A stretch of 64,000 nt of DNA, taken from the NCBI GenBank assembly GCA_045863335.1, contig BTVY01000002.1, positions 32,001-96,000 of the forward strand. Reading direction: 5' to 3'. Each line of letters opens with the position of its first letter. The first letter of the stretch is position 1. Source of the stretch: Candidatus Hydrogenedentota bacterium. GTDB lineage: Bacteria; Hydrogenedentota; Hydrogenedentia; Hydrogenedentales; SLHB01. Shown here piece by piece: positions 10,442-21,192 of this stretch. The position numbers were made by a program, and so were the translations under genes. Below the pieces are notes generated by a model that had not been told where the DNA came from, ran no database searches, and worked only from the letters and a program-made list of their open reading frames with translations.

Positions 10442-10638
10442 CCTTGGTCCTTCCAGGCCAGAATTCGAGGTGCCTTGGCCTTCCAGGCCAAGATTCTTTG
10501 TGACACGGGCTTCCAGCCCGTGGGGGGGTGAGTCGTAAGCAAATGGACAGTTGCGAACGAGCTTGTGAGATTGGTCAAAGAGTGAAGAAGCCGTGGGCAG
10601 GACGCCCACGCATGTGCACGGGCGGGACGCCCATGCCC
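10442..10638. repeat. Cluster of short REP-like palindromes between convergent genes
   Basis: CCTTGG(T/C)CTTCCAGGCCA twice, CACGGGCTTCCAGCCCGTG, GTGGGCAGGACGCCCAC, CACGGGCGGGACGCCCATG; related GGCTGGAAGCCCGTACCAC at about 6782. Confidence 0.6.
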
Positions 10639-10648
10639 CTTGTTGGGC

Positions 10649-12217
10649 TTACTCGGCTGGTAGACCGGGGATGACTCGCTCGGGCAATGGGGGTGCCTCT
10701 GTCGTTATGACGATCTTTACGGATTCGTCTTCGGCGTCCGCGATGGAAATGGTTGCATCCGCAGTGGCGCTAGCTTGAGGACCTGCGATTGCGGAGACCG
10801 GAATTCCTTTGCGGGCCTCCGCCAGGGCAATCGGATTCGGGAAGAGTCCATACACCGAATTCGGCAGGTCCCCGGTCAGCGTTACTACGCCGCCGGCGCT
10901 GCTCCATTCCGTGACGACATCCTTCCGATGTTTTGTCCGTTCCGCGCGCAGGGGGAGGATGCTTAGGGCGGGTACGGCCTCGCTGAAGATCGTGTCGTAC
11001 GCAATGGCGTCGGACAGGTTCATGGGGGCGCCATAGTAATCCCGGTAGTCCGGCAGGACGCCAAGGGGCCCCTCCCCCGCCACTTCCTTCGCCGCCGCCT
11101 GAAACGCCGCAACCCGTTCCCCGGCATCGTGCCAGCGCCGGACTGAGATGAATTGCATGGCGAACAGAATGATCACCAGGCTGGTCGTGATGCCGACCAT
11201 GGAGATGCGCCACTTGGGATGTTCCATAATGCGAAAGAACAGCGCCACCAAGCCTATGGTGAAGAAGGCGTTGGCGAGCAGCAACTGGCCCCCGCCAATG
11301 AGGGATACGAAATCCACGGGCCGGTCCAACGGTCCCAGCCGCAGCGCAACCATCGCAAGGACGCCGAACAGAATGACCGGACGCCGCGCCTTACGGTAGA
11401 TCAGGGCGAACAAGCCCACGACCACCAGGACAGCAAGCCACCCAAGCCAAGGTTGCTCGTGGAAGGCGACTACGGTCTTTGGGAGAAAGCCCAAGGGATA
11501 GAACAGGAAATACAAAGGCGTCATGCGTTGGGCAAGTTGGACGCCCGAGGTGACGAGGTCACCCGCATGCGCGAACAGGCCCACGATACCGGCCACAAAA
11601 AAGACAGCGAGCCTGGCAAAACTTCGCTCGCCGGTTCGGGCGACGAGCAATTCGAACAAGACAATGACAAGGACCAAGGTCGCGTTCCCGGCGTAAGGTA
11701 CGGTCGCGGCCATGAACAGGACAAGGGCCACGGAGACCTTCCAGGCTTTCGGGGTACGCACGTGCGCGGCGTAGGCGGTGAGTGCGAGGAGTGCAATCAG
11801 GCACGGGATAATGTCGCCAACGCCGGAAATATTGAGGACCGCCTCGGAATGGACCGGATTGGCCAGAAAGAGGCACGCCGACAAGGTACCGAACCACCAA
11901 AGCCCGCGAACGGTCAGGTTTGTGAAGTAATAGACGCACATGACGCAGGCATACAGGAGCAGCATGTTGACGAGATGGTAGCCAGGCAACCACGTGCTGA
12001 ATACCGCCATCTCAAGCCGAAAGAGTTGACCGGCGAGGAACGGGAGGTCGCTTCCGGCCGTCGCGAGGACCTCGAAATCCCGGCCCATGGGATAGGTCGT
12101 TACGCTCCAAATATAGATGACGAAAAGATATACGAACAGCGACACCGCGTCGTAGGTGTCGTGGTAGCGCATCCGCAAAGCAACGAGCGGATGGGGTTTC
12201 TTGTTGGGGTCACGCAT
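10649..12217 (-). CDS. Polytopic membrane protein, GT-C glycosyltransferase-like
   Basis: GYHLVNMLL...LFLANPVHSEAVLNISG motif like TMTC/ArnT-type GT-C proteins; many TM segments. Confidence 0.6.
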   Translation of the reverse strand: MRDPNKKPHPLVALRMRYHDTYDAVSLFVYLFVIYIWSVTTYPMGRDFEVLATAGSDLPFLAGQLFRLEMAVFSTWLPGYHLVNMLLLYACVMCVYYFTNLTVRGLWWFGTLSACLFLANPVHSEAVLNISGVGDIIPCLIALLALTAYAAHVRTPKAWKVSVALVLFMAATVPYAGNATLVLVIVLFELLVARTGERSFARLAVFFVAGIVGLFAHAGDLVTSGVQLAQRMTPLYFLFYPLGFLPKTVVAFHEQPWLGWLAVLVVVGLFALIYRKARRPVILFGVLAMVALRLGPLDRPVDFVSLIGGGQLLLANAFFTIGLVALFFRIMEHPKWRISMVGITTSLVIILFAMQFISVRRWHDAGERVAAFQAAAKEVAGEGPLGVLPDYRDYYGAPMNLSDAIAYDTIFSEAVPALSILPLRAERTKHRKDVVTEWSSAGGVVTLTGDLPNSVYGLFPNPIALAEARKGIPVSAIAGPQASATADATISIADAEDESVKIVITTEAPPLPERVIPGLPAE

Positions 12218-12442
12218 AGCGCCAAAGTCTACTGGCCGGGTTCAATGAAGATCAACCTTGACGATAAACCATTTAGCGATATCGTTCGTCCAATTCGGAG
12301 TAGCTGCAACGCTGGTGGTTACCGAAAACCTTACGAACGGTAGATAGGATGCTTGCGAGGCCCCATTCGGCTCTCGTAAACTGGGGTACCGGCCGGCGAT
12401 TTCTGGTGACGCGACGGCCAACGCGTATTGGAGTGTGAAGGC

Positions 12443-14494
12443 ATGATTGCACGTATTTTGTTTTCTCTTGGGCTGGCACTGTGTGGTTCTTCCATGGCAT
12501 TTGCGCAGGCGGATTCTGGCGCGGCGCACGCCAACGACCTCCCTACCATCGCCCGGAACTTCCGGTTGAATGACCATCTCGATGGATCCCACGAGTTGTA
12601 CCGGTATCGGGACTCGAAGGCCATCGTGTTGTTTTTCGCGGGGAACGGATGCCCCATCGTTCGGAAGAGTGTGGCGACGTTGAAGGAAATCCGTGATGCC
12701 TATGCCGAGAAGGGCGTCGCGTTCCTGATGGTTGACGGGAATCCTGGCAACGACAAGGACAGCGTTGTCGAGGAGGCCAACGAATTCAGCATCGATTTCC
12801 CGGTTCTTCTGGACGAAGCACAGACCGTAACAGAAGCGCTCCAGGTCGACCGGACGGCTACGACCTTCGTCATCACACCGGGCAACTGGAAGATCGTGTA
12901 CCGGGGCGCCATCGACGATCGGCTCGGCTACGGAGCGGAAAAGCCGGAACCCACGCACCGCTGGCTAACGGATGCGCTGGACGCGGTTCTCGCGGAACAG
13001 CCAGTGGAGACGCCGTTCACCGAGGCCAAGGGGTGTCTCATCGATCGGCTTCCCGAGCCGAAGAAGATATCGTACTCACGGCATATCGCGCCTGTCCTGC
13101 GGGAGAAATGCGCGACCTGTCATCGAGAAGGCGACATCGCGCCCTTCCCCATGGACAGCTACGAGGAAGTCGTCGATCACAAGCGCATGATCCGGGAAGT
13201 GGTCATGACGAAACGCATGCCGCCCTGGCATGCGGACCCCCACTACGGACAATACGAAAACGACAATGGACTGACGGTGGAGGAAACGCGGCGCTTGCTG
13301 GCGTGGCTCGACAACGATGCGCCGCGAGGCCGGGGCCGCGACCCTCTGGCCAAGGTGAAGCCCATGGAATCGTCCTGGCCGCTGGGCGAACCAGACATCG
13401 TCGTGTCCATGCCGAGGTCCATCGCCGTGCCCGCGACGGGGGTGCTGGACTACGAGTACGTTCGAGTTCCCTACACCGGGACGGAGGACGTGTGGGTGAA
13501 GGCGGCGGACGTGTTGCCGGGCGCGCGGAGCGTCGTGCATCACGTGCTCGTGTTCATCCGGTATCCGGAGCACCTTCGCCATCTGCAACCGGAGTACGAA
13601 GGCGGATTGGACGGCTTCTTCGCGGGGTATGTCCCCGGCATGCAGCCCTCGTTCTTCCCGGAGGGAACGGCCAAGTTTGTGCCTGCAGGGTCCGAGTTCG
13701 TCTTTCAACTGCACTACAGCACAACCGGGAAGGCCGAGGAAGACCTCAGCAAGCTCGGGTTGTACTTGAACAAGGGCGAGCCGAAACGGGAACTGTTCAC
13801 CCGGGCGGCGAGCAACACGGAAATCGCCATCCCGCCCGGCGATCCGGCGTTCCCTGCGAAAGCGGCGTATCGTCTCGGCCAGGATGCAATTCTGTACTCC
13901 ATGTCCCCACACATGCACTTCCGCGGGAAGAGCTTTCGGTACGTGGCCGATTTCCCGGACGGGTCGTCGGAGGTTTTGCTGAACGTCCCCAACTATGATT
14001 TCAATTGGCAGACCATGTACCGCTTCGAGGAGCCGAAGGTGTTGCCCGCAGGCACGGTGATCCGGTGCGAAGGCGCCTTTGACAACTCGTTAGGCAATCC
14101 CATGAACCCCGACCCCGAAAGCTGGGTCTATTTTGGCGAGCAGACCTTTGAGGAAATGTTCATCGGCTATCTTCGCTACGCGTATGTGGACACCGACAGC
14201 AGCGCCCGCACGCAGGATGGCATGTTCGCCGAAGGAGAACGGCCGGGACTGGGTATACCGGTAACGGCCGAAAGTTTGATCGGCACCATGTGGAGGAGCG
14301 GCCGGTTCCGGATCCGCTTCCTCGCGGACGGTGAAGTCCGAGTCGGGCGCGGCATGAAGGGATCGTGGCGCATCGAGGACGACCGCGTCATCATTCACAT
14401 TGCGAACGATGACCACATCCTTCGAATCGACGGCGATAAGCTCGTCGGCGACGATGGTCCATTGCCCAACATCCAACGCGCGGACGCAACTTAG
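12443..14494 (+). CDS. Exported redoxin-domain / c-type heme / Cu type II monooxygenase-like protein
   Basis: Signal peptide, redoxin GNGCPIVR and YRGAIDD, CATCH heme motif, MPPW, VVHH, PHMH, YDFNWQ, EEM. Confidence 0.8.
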   Translation: MIARILFSLGLALCGSSMAFAQADSGAAHANDLPTIARNFRLNDHLDGSHELYRYRDSKAIVLFFAGNGCPIVRKSVATLKEIRDAYAEKGVAFLMVDGNPGNDKDSVVEEANEFSIDFPVLLDEAQTVTEALQVDRTATTFVITPGNWKIVYRGAIDDRLGYGAEKPEPTHRWLTDALDAVLAEQPVETPFTEAKGCLIDRLPEPKKISYSRHIAPVLREKCATCHREGDIAPFPMDSYEEVVDHKRMIREVVMTKRMPPWHADPHYGQYENDNGLTVEETRRLLAWLDNDAPRGRGRDPLAKVKPMESSWPLGEPDIVVSMPRSIAVPATGVLDYEYVRVPYTGTEDVWVKAADVLPGARSVVHHVLVFIRYPEHLRHLQPEYEGGLDGFFAGYVPGMQPSFFPEGTAKFVPAGSEFVFQLHYSTTGKAEEDLSKLGLYLNKGEPKRELFTRAASNTEIAIPPGDPAFPAKAAYRLGQDAILYSMSPHMHFRGKSFRYVADFPDGSSEVLLNVPNYDFNWQTMYRFEEPKVLPAGTVIRCEGAFDNSLGNPMNPDPESWVYFGEQTFEEMFIGYLRYAYVDTDSSARTQDGMFAEGERPGLGIPVTAESLIGTMWRSGRFRIRFLADGEVRVGRGMKGSWRIEDDRVIIHIANDDHILRIDGDKLVGDDGPLPNIQRADAT

Positions 14495-14497
14495 CGC

Positions 14498-17068
14498 CTA
14501 GAATACCTTGGAAGGATTGACGGGCAGTCGTTCCACCCGATGTCTGATGGCGTCGACCCGCCACAGCGAATAGGTAGCGTGCGCATGCGCGGGAATCGCG
14601 CTCAGCGGTTCCGCGGTAAGCACGAGCAAGGTTTCGTCATTCATCCAGGATAGCGAGACCGGTTCCCCCTCGATCGCTGCGACTTTGGGTTGGGTTCTCG
14701 CGGTATTGCAGTACCAGAGTTGGTTTCGCAGGTCGAGCCACGCCACGTATGCGCCCTCGGGGGAGACTTTGGCCAAAAGGGGCGCGTATTCCAGTTGAAG
14801 AATCGTCTCGTAGGTTTCGGAAACAGGGTCGAGTTTGATGATTGCCCCAACGATGCTGATATAGACGACAAAGCCGCCAGCCGCGTTCCAGGCGAGGTTG
14901 CTTGCCGCCGCGGGACATTCGAGAGGTTCATCTCTGAACTCCTCCCAGCTAACGCGTCGGATCTGGGATGATTGTGCCGAGACGTATACGGACTGGTTAC
15001 CAGCCCTAATCGGGACGAGGCTTCCCGGGCGGGCCTCTGAGTTGTTTGATGCAATGGATACCGGAGCACTTCCGGGCGCCCATCGATACCACTTCGCGGG
15101 CCCTGGATTTTGCAGAAACGCGATGTCCCCTACCCAACCCAACGGACCGAAACCCTCGCGTGCAATCTCATCCACGGCTCCATCACTGGGGTTCCACGCA
15201 TAGAGGGGGTCGGCATCGAGCAGGAACATGGTGGCGTCGCTTCTGCCGACGGGATCTGAGGTCAACACGGAAGGCAAGTTGACCCGGTCAGAATGCTCTA
15301 GATCAGGTTTCAGCATTGCGAGACGATCCGCGCCGCGCCCCATGGGGTTTGGATTTGCGGTTACAAGAATCTCCCCGTTCGCGAATCCCTGAACGGCGCG
15401 TGGCAGAACGCGACGCGGCCACACGTTGTTTTCGCGAAGCATGTCGGGATACGTGAATGCGGGATCGAGGATGATCGTATCCACCGGCGCATCAACCGGC
15501 AATAGAAACGAGCCGCCGTTCGCGCCCGGTTCGATAGCGGTTTGCGTGACGCGACTGCCGGACACAAGGGCGACCTTAAGTTCGCCGAACATCGGGATAT
15601 CCCCCGGATTGGAAACCAGAATGCGAACGCCCCCGTCGCTCGCAACCACGTCGTCGATGGCGTAATCGAAGGTGCCCCCGCGCTCGAACCAGACGCGAAA
15701 GGTCTCGCGCAGGTCGGATTCGGAAGCGAGTTCCAGCTCCTGCAAGACTGCCGTATACGAGACAGGGCGATACCGATGAATCCGCAGCAGATTTCGACAG
15801 CCGGAGATTAACTTATCTTGTCCTGTTTGCGCGGCTATGGCCGAAAGCGTATAGGCCTGGCGGACCTGAATAATGGATGGATCGGATTTCGTTCCATCCG
15901 ACGACGGCCTCAAGGCATCCTGCAAGTCAATCAACTTCATTGGGAAATCGACGGTTGGAGGGCAACGAAGCGTCTCTACATATTGGAGGAACTCCCGGTT
16001 CCCCCTAGCGCCTTGGAGTGCCAACCACGCGCTGTACTCGGCAAACCCGTGGACAATCCAGGCAGCGGCCTCGGGTTGTTGGGTGAACCAGCGTCCCGTA
16101 ATCGTACTGCCCCACCAGTTGTGTGCCGTTTGGCGAGCCACGGTTGCGAATCGTTCCGGAGCGGGCTTGAGCGGCATCGGGGGCAGACCTAGTACCGAAT
16201 TGCCGCCGTTGAACGGCTCGTCGATATGCGAGTCAACCACAACCACCACATGGTCAAACCCATCGCTTTCGAATAACACGCGCAGGTAGCTGTAAGCCTC
16301 CCCCACGGTATTGAGCAGCGCTTGCGGGTCGGGAATCGGCGCATCCTGATCCCAGAGCAAACCGCATTGAACGGCTCCGTGAACGCGGTTAAGACTCTGG
16401 TATGGACCAGCGATGAACGTGGCCCCGAGGACCGGCCGCTTTTCCTCCCAGGCAACCCGCTTCCGCTTCCGCGTTTCGTTCGGGTTGATCGTTGGATTCG
16501 CAATGGCCGCCGTCCAGTCTTCGGGAATCTCGACGTAGCCCTGCATCAAGAAGAAACTGGTGAGGTCAGTAGGATGCCAAAGGGATAAGTGAGGAAGGAT
16601 GACGCGATCGGATCCGATTAGCGCCGGCTGCAGTGTATCGCCACTAGGCGACCCCGAATACGTCAATTGAACGGATACCGTCTCGCCTTCCCGCAATGCT
16701 TCGGGACACCTGATCTGAAGCGCCTCGCCATTGCGCCTGCATCGGACGGATTTGCCGTTCACCGTCGCTTTCTCGATGGTATATCCGGGATCAAGCAGAA
16801 CGAGGAGTTCCCGCCGATCGGCTTCGAGAATCGTGATGGTCAGGTCCGCCGTCGCGGAGAGTGACCCCGGACTATCAGCGTTCGAGGGCATGATCGACGC
16901 AAGCACCTCGAGTTCGGTAATGCGTTGACCCGCGATGGCTTCGTGGAGATGCGATTCGTTTGTATCTGGCAGGAGGGGTCCCAGGTACACAAAAGCGACG
17001 TACGCGATTATGACGACGCCTGCGAGCAGAGCCAGTCCAGAGAAGGGTCTGCCCGAGCGGCGCTTCAT
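14498..17068 (-). CDS. Membrane-anchored M1 aminopeptidase-like protein with degenerate zinc motif and C-terminal beta-propeller
   Basis: ARQTAHNWWG in place of HExxH-WWG; WIVHGFAEY in place of WLNEGFAEY; TolB-like repeats (VSPEGAYVAW). Confidence 0.65.
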   Translation of the reverse strand: MKRRSGRPFSGLALLAGVVIIAYVAFVYLGPLLPDTNESHLHEAIAGQRITELEVLASIMPSNADSPGSLSATADLTITILEADRRELLVLLDPGYTIEKATVNGKSVRCRRNGEALQIRCPEALREGETVSVQLTYSGSPSGDTLQPALIGSDRVILPHLSLWHPTDLTSFFLMQGYVEIPEDWTAAIANPTINPNETRKRKRVAWEEKRPVLGATFIAGPYQSLNRVHGAVQCGLLWDQDAPIPDPQALLNTVGEAYSYLRVLFESDGFDHVVVVVDSHIDEPFNGGNSVLGLPPMPLKPAPERFATVARQTAHNWWGSTITGRWFTQQPEAAAWIVHGFAEYSAWLALQGARGNREFLQYVETLRCPPTVDFPMKLIDLQDALRPSSDGTKSDPSIIQVRQAYTLSAIAAQTGQDKLISGCRNLLRIHRYRPVSYTAVLQELELASESDLRETFRVWFERGGTFDYAIDDVVASDGGVRILVSNPGDIPMFGELKVALVSGSRVTQTAIEPGANGGSFLLPVDAPVDTIILDPAFTYPDMLRENNVWPRRVLPRAVQGFANGEILVTANPNPMGRGADRLAMLKPDLEHSDRVNLPSVLTSDPVGRSDATMFLLDADPLYAWNPSDGAVDEIAREGFGPLGWVGDIAFLQNPGPAKWYRWAPGSAPVSIASNNSEARPGSLVPIRAGNQSVYVSAQSSQIRRVSWEEFRDEPLECPAAASNLAWNAAGGFVVYISIVGAIIKLDPVSETYETILQLEYAPLLAKVSPEGAYVAWLDLRNQLWYCNTARTQPKVAAIEGEPVSLSWMNDETLLVLTAEPLSAIPAHAHATYSLWRVDAIRHRVERLPVNPSKVF

Positions 17069-17071
17069 GGT

Positions 17072-18337
17072 CTAGACCGGCCTGTCGTAAATCACCTGGG
17101 GTCCGGCGTAGGGATCGAACACGGTGATTCCCTCGTTGCCGAAGCAGGCGGTAACGGGCGCGCCTTTCCCCGCGGCGGTGTACTCGAAGTTGCGGCGGCA
17201 GACTTCGCGGGCGGCGTGCACGATCAGGACAGAGAGGCGCGACTCTTCCGCGTCGGGGTAGGTGCCTTTGATGTCGTCCAAGGACTTGCCCAGGAACTTC
17301 ATCTCCGCCACCTTCTCGACGCAAACGACGAGGCTGTCTACACCGTAGCCGCAGTAGGCGTAGGTGCCGTCCTCGCGTTTGACGTCGCGGGTGAAATGGG
17401 CGTTGCGGGTCTGGGTACCGACGCCGCCCTCCGTATAGCGCAGCCCGCGGAACTGGGAATCGCACTCGACGAATCCGTTGATGCCGAAGATCTGGCTTTC
17501 CTGGTTGACGGGCCCTTCGAATTCGTCGGGCATGATCCAGCTATTGATGAAATCGATGCTCATGCCGTTGTCGAAGGTGACCTTGACCTGGACCGCGTCG
17601 TAGGCGTCCATATTGTATTCGTTGCGAAGTTTGACCTTCTGGCCAACGGCGTACAGGCTGACGGGCTTCACGCCGAAGTACGCGACGAAGAGATCGGTCC
17701 AGTGGCAACCCACGTAGCTGAAGGGGTCGCTGCGTTCCGCCCACTTGCGAAAGACCTTCGTGGAGATCTCCAACGGCTCCTCCAGGATCGCGCGGCCGTA
17801 GATGGGCGTGCCGATACGCTTCGAGATGTCGTCGCGGATGCGCAGATGATCCGGGTCGTAGCGCTTGTGCATGTCGACGCCGACAAGCCGGTTCGCCTTT
17901 CTGGATGCCGCGATAATGTCGTCGGTCTCGCCCGTGTCGAGCGTGAGCGGTTTTTCGCTGATGGCGTGGGCGCCGCGTTCGAGCGCGGCAAGGATGGGGG
18001 CGGCGTGCAGATCGTCGGGCGTTGCAACCGCGAGGATATCGAGGTCGGGATTCGCATCGAGGAGATCCAGCCAGGGCGTCTCGCCGTGGTAGATTTGGAA
18101 ATCCATACCGAGCTTGCCGTACTCGTCGCGTTTGGACTGCCCCGTCTTTTCGGTCCGCGTCGCGAGACCAACGAATTGGATGTCGATGTCCCCGAGCTTG
18201 CGAGCCATGTTGTCGAGACCGAGACGGCCGAGCCAGGGGGCAAGTCCAAACTTCTCCAACTGGCAATAGGTGCGAAGATGAACGTCTCCGCCGAACATTC
18301 CCGCACCAACCAAACCGATCTTAATCTGTCTCTGCAC
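17072..18337 (-). CDS. Gfo/Idh/MocA family oxidoreductase
   Basis: IGLVGAGMFG, VATPDDLH, SEKPL, HKRYDP. Confidence 0.85.
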   Translation of the reverse strand: MQRQIKIGLVGAGMFGGDVHLRTYCQLEKFGLAPWLGRLGLDNMARKLGDIDIQFVGLATRTEKTGQSKRDEYGKLGMDFQIYHGETPWLDLLDANPDLDILAVATPDDLHAAPILAALERGAHAISEKPLTLDTGETDDIIAASRKANRLVGVDMHKRYDPDHLRIRDDISKRIGTPIYGRAILEEPLEISTKVFRKWAERSDPFSYVGCHWTDLFVAYFGVKPVSLYAVGQKVKLRNEYNMDAYDAVQVKVTFDNGMSIDFINSWIMPDEFEGPVNQESQIFGINGFVECDSQFRGLRYTEGGVGTQTRNAHFTRDVKREDGTYAYCGYGVDSLVVCVEKVAEMKFLGKSLDDIKGTYPDAEESRLSVLIVHAAREVCRRNFEYTAAGKGAPVTACFGNEGITVFDPYAGPQVIYDRPV

Positions 18338-18391
18338 AAACCCCTCCTAAGTGTGCTGTCAATCCATCGTTCGCGGAACCGTTTCGTTTGG

Positions 18392-19450
18392 TCAGGTAGC
18401 ACCTTCCAAAAGCGACGGCGACTGCACGGGTGCGTTTTCTCCCCCTGCGGGAGCGTCGGGCGGCAATGAAATCTGGATGCTCATGGTCGAGCGCGCCTCG
18501 TTCACGAGGTCTTCAATTATCTGTTGTTTCTTGCGTTGCACCATGGCGTTGGAGAGCCGTTCCTTCAGCTCTCCTTCCAGAGGAGCCGTCTTGCGGTCGG
18601 TGACCTTCATGATGTGCCAGCCTACGCGGGTCTTGAACGGCTGGGAGACTTCGTTCAAGGGCGCGTCGAACATGCGCTGATCGAACTCCGGTCCGAGGAT
18701 TCCCCGGGTCGCACCCTGGATCACTCCGCCGGTCTCCCGGGTCCGGTCATCGTCGGTGACTTCCTTCGCGACCGACGCGAAGTCTTCGCCATCCTGAATG
18801 CGCTTATAGGCTGCGTCGATCTTCCCGCGCGCCTGCTCCCCAGCGGCGGGATCGTCGCCCTGCACGCGGACCAGGATGTGGGCGATATCCGCGACGTCGA
18901 ACATGTTCTTCGCTTTCAGATTGTCGTACTCCGCCTGGATCTCCTCGTCCGATACGGTTACGTCCGCAGCTTTCATCTGGCTGAATTTGCGAGAGACGAG
19001 GCGCATGCGGGTCAGGTTCTCGACCTCTTCCATCGAGATTCCCTGCTTTGCGATGAACTCTTCCATGGTGGCGCCGTCCGGCAGTGCGGCCGCGTTGCGT
19101 TCGATCTCCGCCTTGACTTCCTCGTCGGTTACTTCCACACCGGCCTCTTTCGCGAGCACGTACAGAACTTTTCCATCGACCATCGTGTCGATGATCTTCA
19201 GCTTCTCATCCTGACTGATAGGCTGTTGAGCAAGGCGCTCCGGATCCTTGATGCCCATGTTCTGCGCCTGGGCAATACGGGCCTGAAGGATTGCGGTGAG
19301 GGCGCGCTCCAATTCCGTGCGGGTGATGGTCTCGCTGTCGCCGATTTGCACGACGATTTCGGGATCGTTCGTGGCTTGGGCGAATGCAACCGAGGCGGAC
19401 AGCAGCGACGCCAGAAGGACACAAATAGAAGCGACTGAAAACCTGTACAT
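18392..19450 (-). CDS. SurA/PrsA-like parvulin peptidyl-prolyl isomerase
   Basis: Signal peptide, SurA-N helical region, AHILV, GEDFASVAKEVTDD, PFKTRVGWHIMKV. Confidence 0.85.
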   Translation of the reverse strand: MYRFSVASICVLLASLLSASVAFAQATNDPEIVVQIGDSETITRTELERALTAILQARIAQAQNMGIKDPERLAQQPISQDEKLKIIDTMVDGKVLYVLAKEAGVEVTDEEVKAEIERNAAALPDGATMEEFIAKQGISMEEVENLTRMRLVSRKFSQMKAADVTVSDEEIQAEYDNLKAKNMFDVADIAHILVRVQGDDPAAGEQARGKIDAAYKRIQDGEDFASVAKEVTDDDRTRETGGVIQGATRGILGPEFDQRMFDAPLNEVSQPFKTRVGWHIMKVTDRKTAPLEGELKERLSNAMVQRKKQQIIEDLVNEARSTMSIQISLPPDAPAGGENAPVQSPSLLEGAT

Positions 19451-19570
19451 GAGTGGGTTCTCCAAAGAATAGTATCCGCCCCGTCGCAGTTGAACGCTTC
19501 CGGTGACGAGACTTCCCTGAATCGTAGCAGACCTGAATGATGGCGGCAACGTGGCCCGAGCGGCGCAAGT

Positions 19571-20614
19571 TTAGAGCGTGACGGTCTTGCCTGTCTCAGC
19601 AGACCGATACACGGCCTCGATGATTTCGACCGATCGCCTGCCTTCGCGGCCGTCGATGGTTGGATTGCGGCCTTCCCGAATGGCGTTGACGAAGTCTTCG
19701 ATCTGGCGGCGATGCCCCTCGTGTTTGAGACTGGCGATGGGGTCGCTGGCGCCCGATCCGAGGGTGTCCCCTTTGATCCCCGACAATACATCGGCGTCTT
19801 CCGGCGCCTCTGTGGCAAATTGCCACGACTTTAGTTCGCCGTCTTCGAGTACCGCGCTACCTTGGGTGCCATGGACTTCGACGCGGGCGGGATGACCGGG
19901 CCAGATAGCGGTGCTGCCTTCGATGACGCCCATGGCGCCGTTTTCGAAGGTGAGCATGGCGCAGGCGAGATCCTCGACTTCGATGCCCGTGTGGCCGACG
20001 AGGGCGGTCTGGGCGGTCACGGTCTTGACGGGGCCGAAGAACCAGAGCAGCAAGTCAATCTGATGAATGCCCTGATTCATGAGACAACCGCCGCCGTCGA
20101 GCTTGCGCGTGCCGCGCCAGGCGCCGCTGTCGTAATACTCCTGAGAGCGGTACCATTTGATGTAGGCATCGCCCAGGACCAACTTGCCGAAGCGACCCGC
20201 ATCGAGGGCCTTCCGGATATTCGTGGGACCGTCGGCATAGCGATATTGAAAGATGCAGCCGAGCTTCACGCCGGCATCGTCAACCGCTTTGATCACGCGA
20301 TCGATGCGTTCCGTGGTGACTTCCAGGGGCTTTTCGGCAAGGATGTGTTTTCCGGCCTTCGCACAGGCTTCGGCGATGTCCGCGCGTAGACCGCTGGGGA
20401 CGCAAAGGCTGACCGCCTGGATATCGTCGCGCTTCAGCAGTTCGAGATAGTCGGCATAGGTTTCTGCGGGGTACTTCTCCGTTAACTTCTTGGCGTTTGC
20501 TTCCACGACATCGGACACGGCGACGAGTTTCGCTCCTGGAATGTCCGTGATGCTTTGCGCGTGGATCGGCGCAATCACGCCGCAACCGATGATACCCATG
20601 CCGACTTCAGTCAT
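19571..20614 (-). CDS. Gfo/Idh/MocA family oxidoreductase
   Basis: GIIGCGVIA, AEKPL, WYRSQEYY, GGGCLMNQGIHQID. Confidence 0.9.
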   Translation of the reverse strand: MTEVGMGIIGCGVIAPIHAQSITDIPGAKLVAVSDVVEANAKKLTEKYPAETYADYLELLKRDDIQAVSLCVPSGLRADIAEACAKAGKHILAEKPLEVTTERIDRVIKAVDDAGVKLGCIFQYRYADGPTNIRKALDAGRFGKLVLGDAYIKWYRSQEYYDSGAWRGTRKLDGGGCLMNQGIHQIDLLLWFFGPVKTVTAQTALVGHTGIEVEDLACAMLTFENGAMGVIEGSTAIWPGHPARVEVHGTQGSAVLEDGELKSWQFATEAPEDADVLSGIKGDTLGSGASDPIASLKHEGHRRQIEDFVNAIREGRNPTIDGREGRRSVEIIEAVYRSAETGKTVTL

Positions 20615-20804
20615 GTGGACTTCTCCAATTCGTTTTCACTCGTGGAACGGAGCGAGTTACCCCGCATAGAATTGCGCAGAATCGTCGCGCAGGATGAGCC
20701 TTTTATGATGCAGGCCCCGCCCGCGAATTTCAAGTCTCGAGTCCGCGGGCGGGGCAAGAATGCTGCAAGAGATGCTTGGTAAACGGGCGTGAACGGCAAG
20801 TGTT

Positions 20805-20951
20805 TCAGTTTTGAGCGGCGCGCTCGATGGCGCGGCCGCCGGCTTGAATATCCCTGCCGACACCACGGATCGTGTTGCAACCGGCAACATGAACTGCAAT
20901 GATCACGGCCAGTGTCATCCACCCTGCGAAATACGCGAAACGCTGAATCAT
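20805..20951 (-). CDS. Entericidin A/B family lipoprotein
   Basis: Lipobox VAGC followed by NTIRGVGRDIQAGGRAIERAA. Confidence 0.8.
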   Translation of the reverse strand: MIQRFAYFAGWMTLAVIIAVHVAGCNTIRGVGRDIQAGGRAIERAAQN

Positions 20952-21192
20952 GATTCGAGCCTCCAGACTGCCTCCGACTCCGTCCATCACGGCAACTGCA
21001 ACAACGGTCTCGATACGCGCAATACCGGTCACCAGTAGATGAATTGTACCATCTTGCGGGAGGATTTGTCGCGCTGTGGCGATACTCTTGTGCTGGTTTT
21101 GACATCAAGAGGTTTCGGGGCGGAATACAGTTTGGTCCAGCGGGAGGAACCGCCGGAGCGCAGGACCGGATTCAACTGCCGGGAGTTTCGAT

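Noticed and set aside
16925-18469. 514-aa plus-strand ORF and similar long antisense ORFs (e.g. 11153-12343, 30443-31867, 38359-39771)
   Set aside because: Shadow frames opposite well-supported genes, expected in GC-rich DNA.
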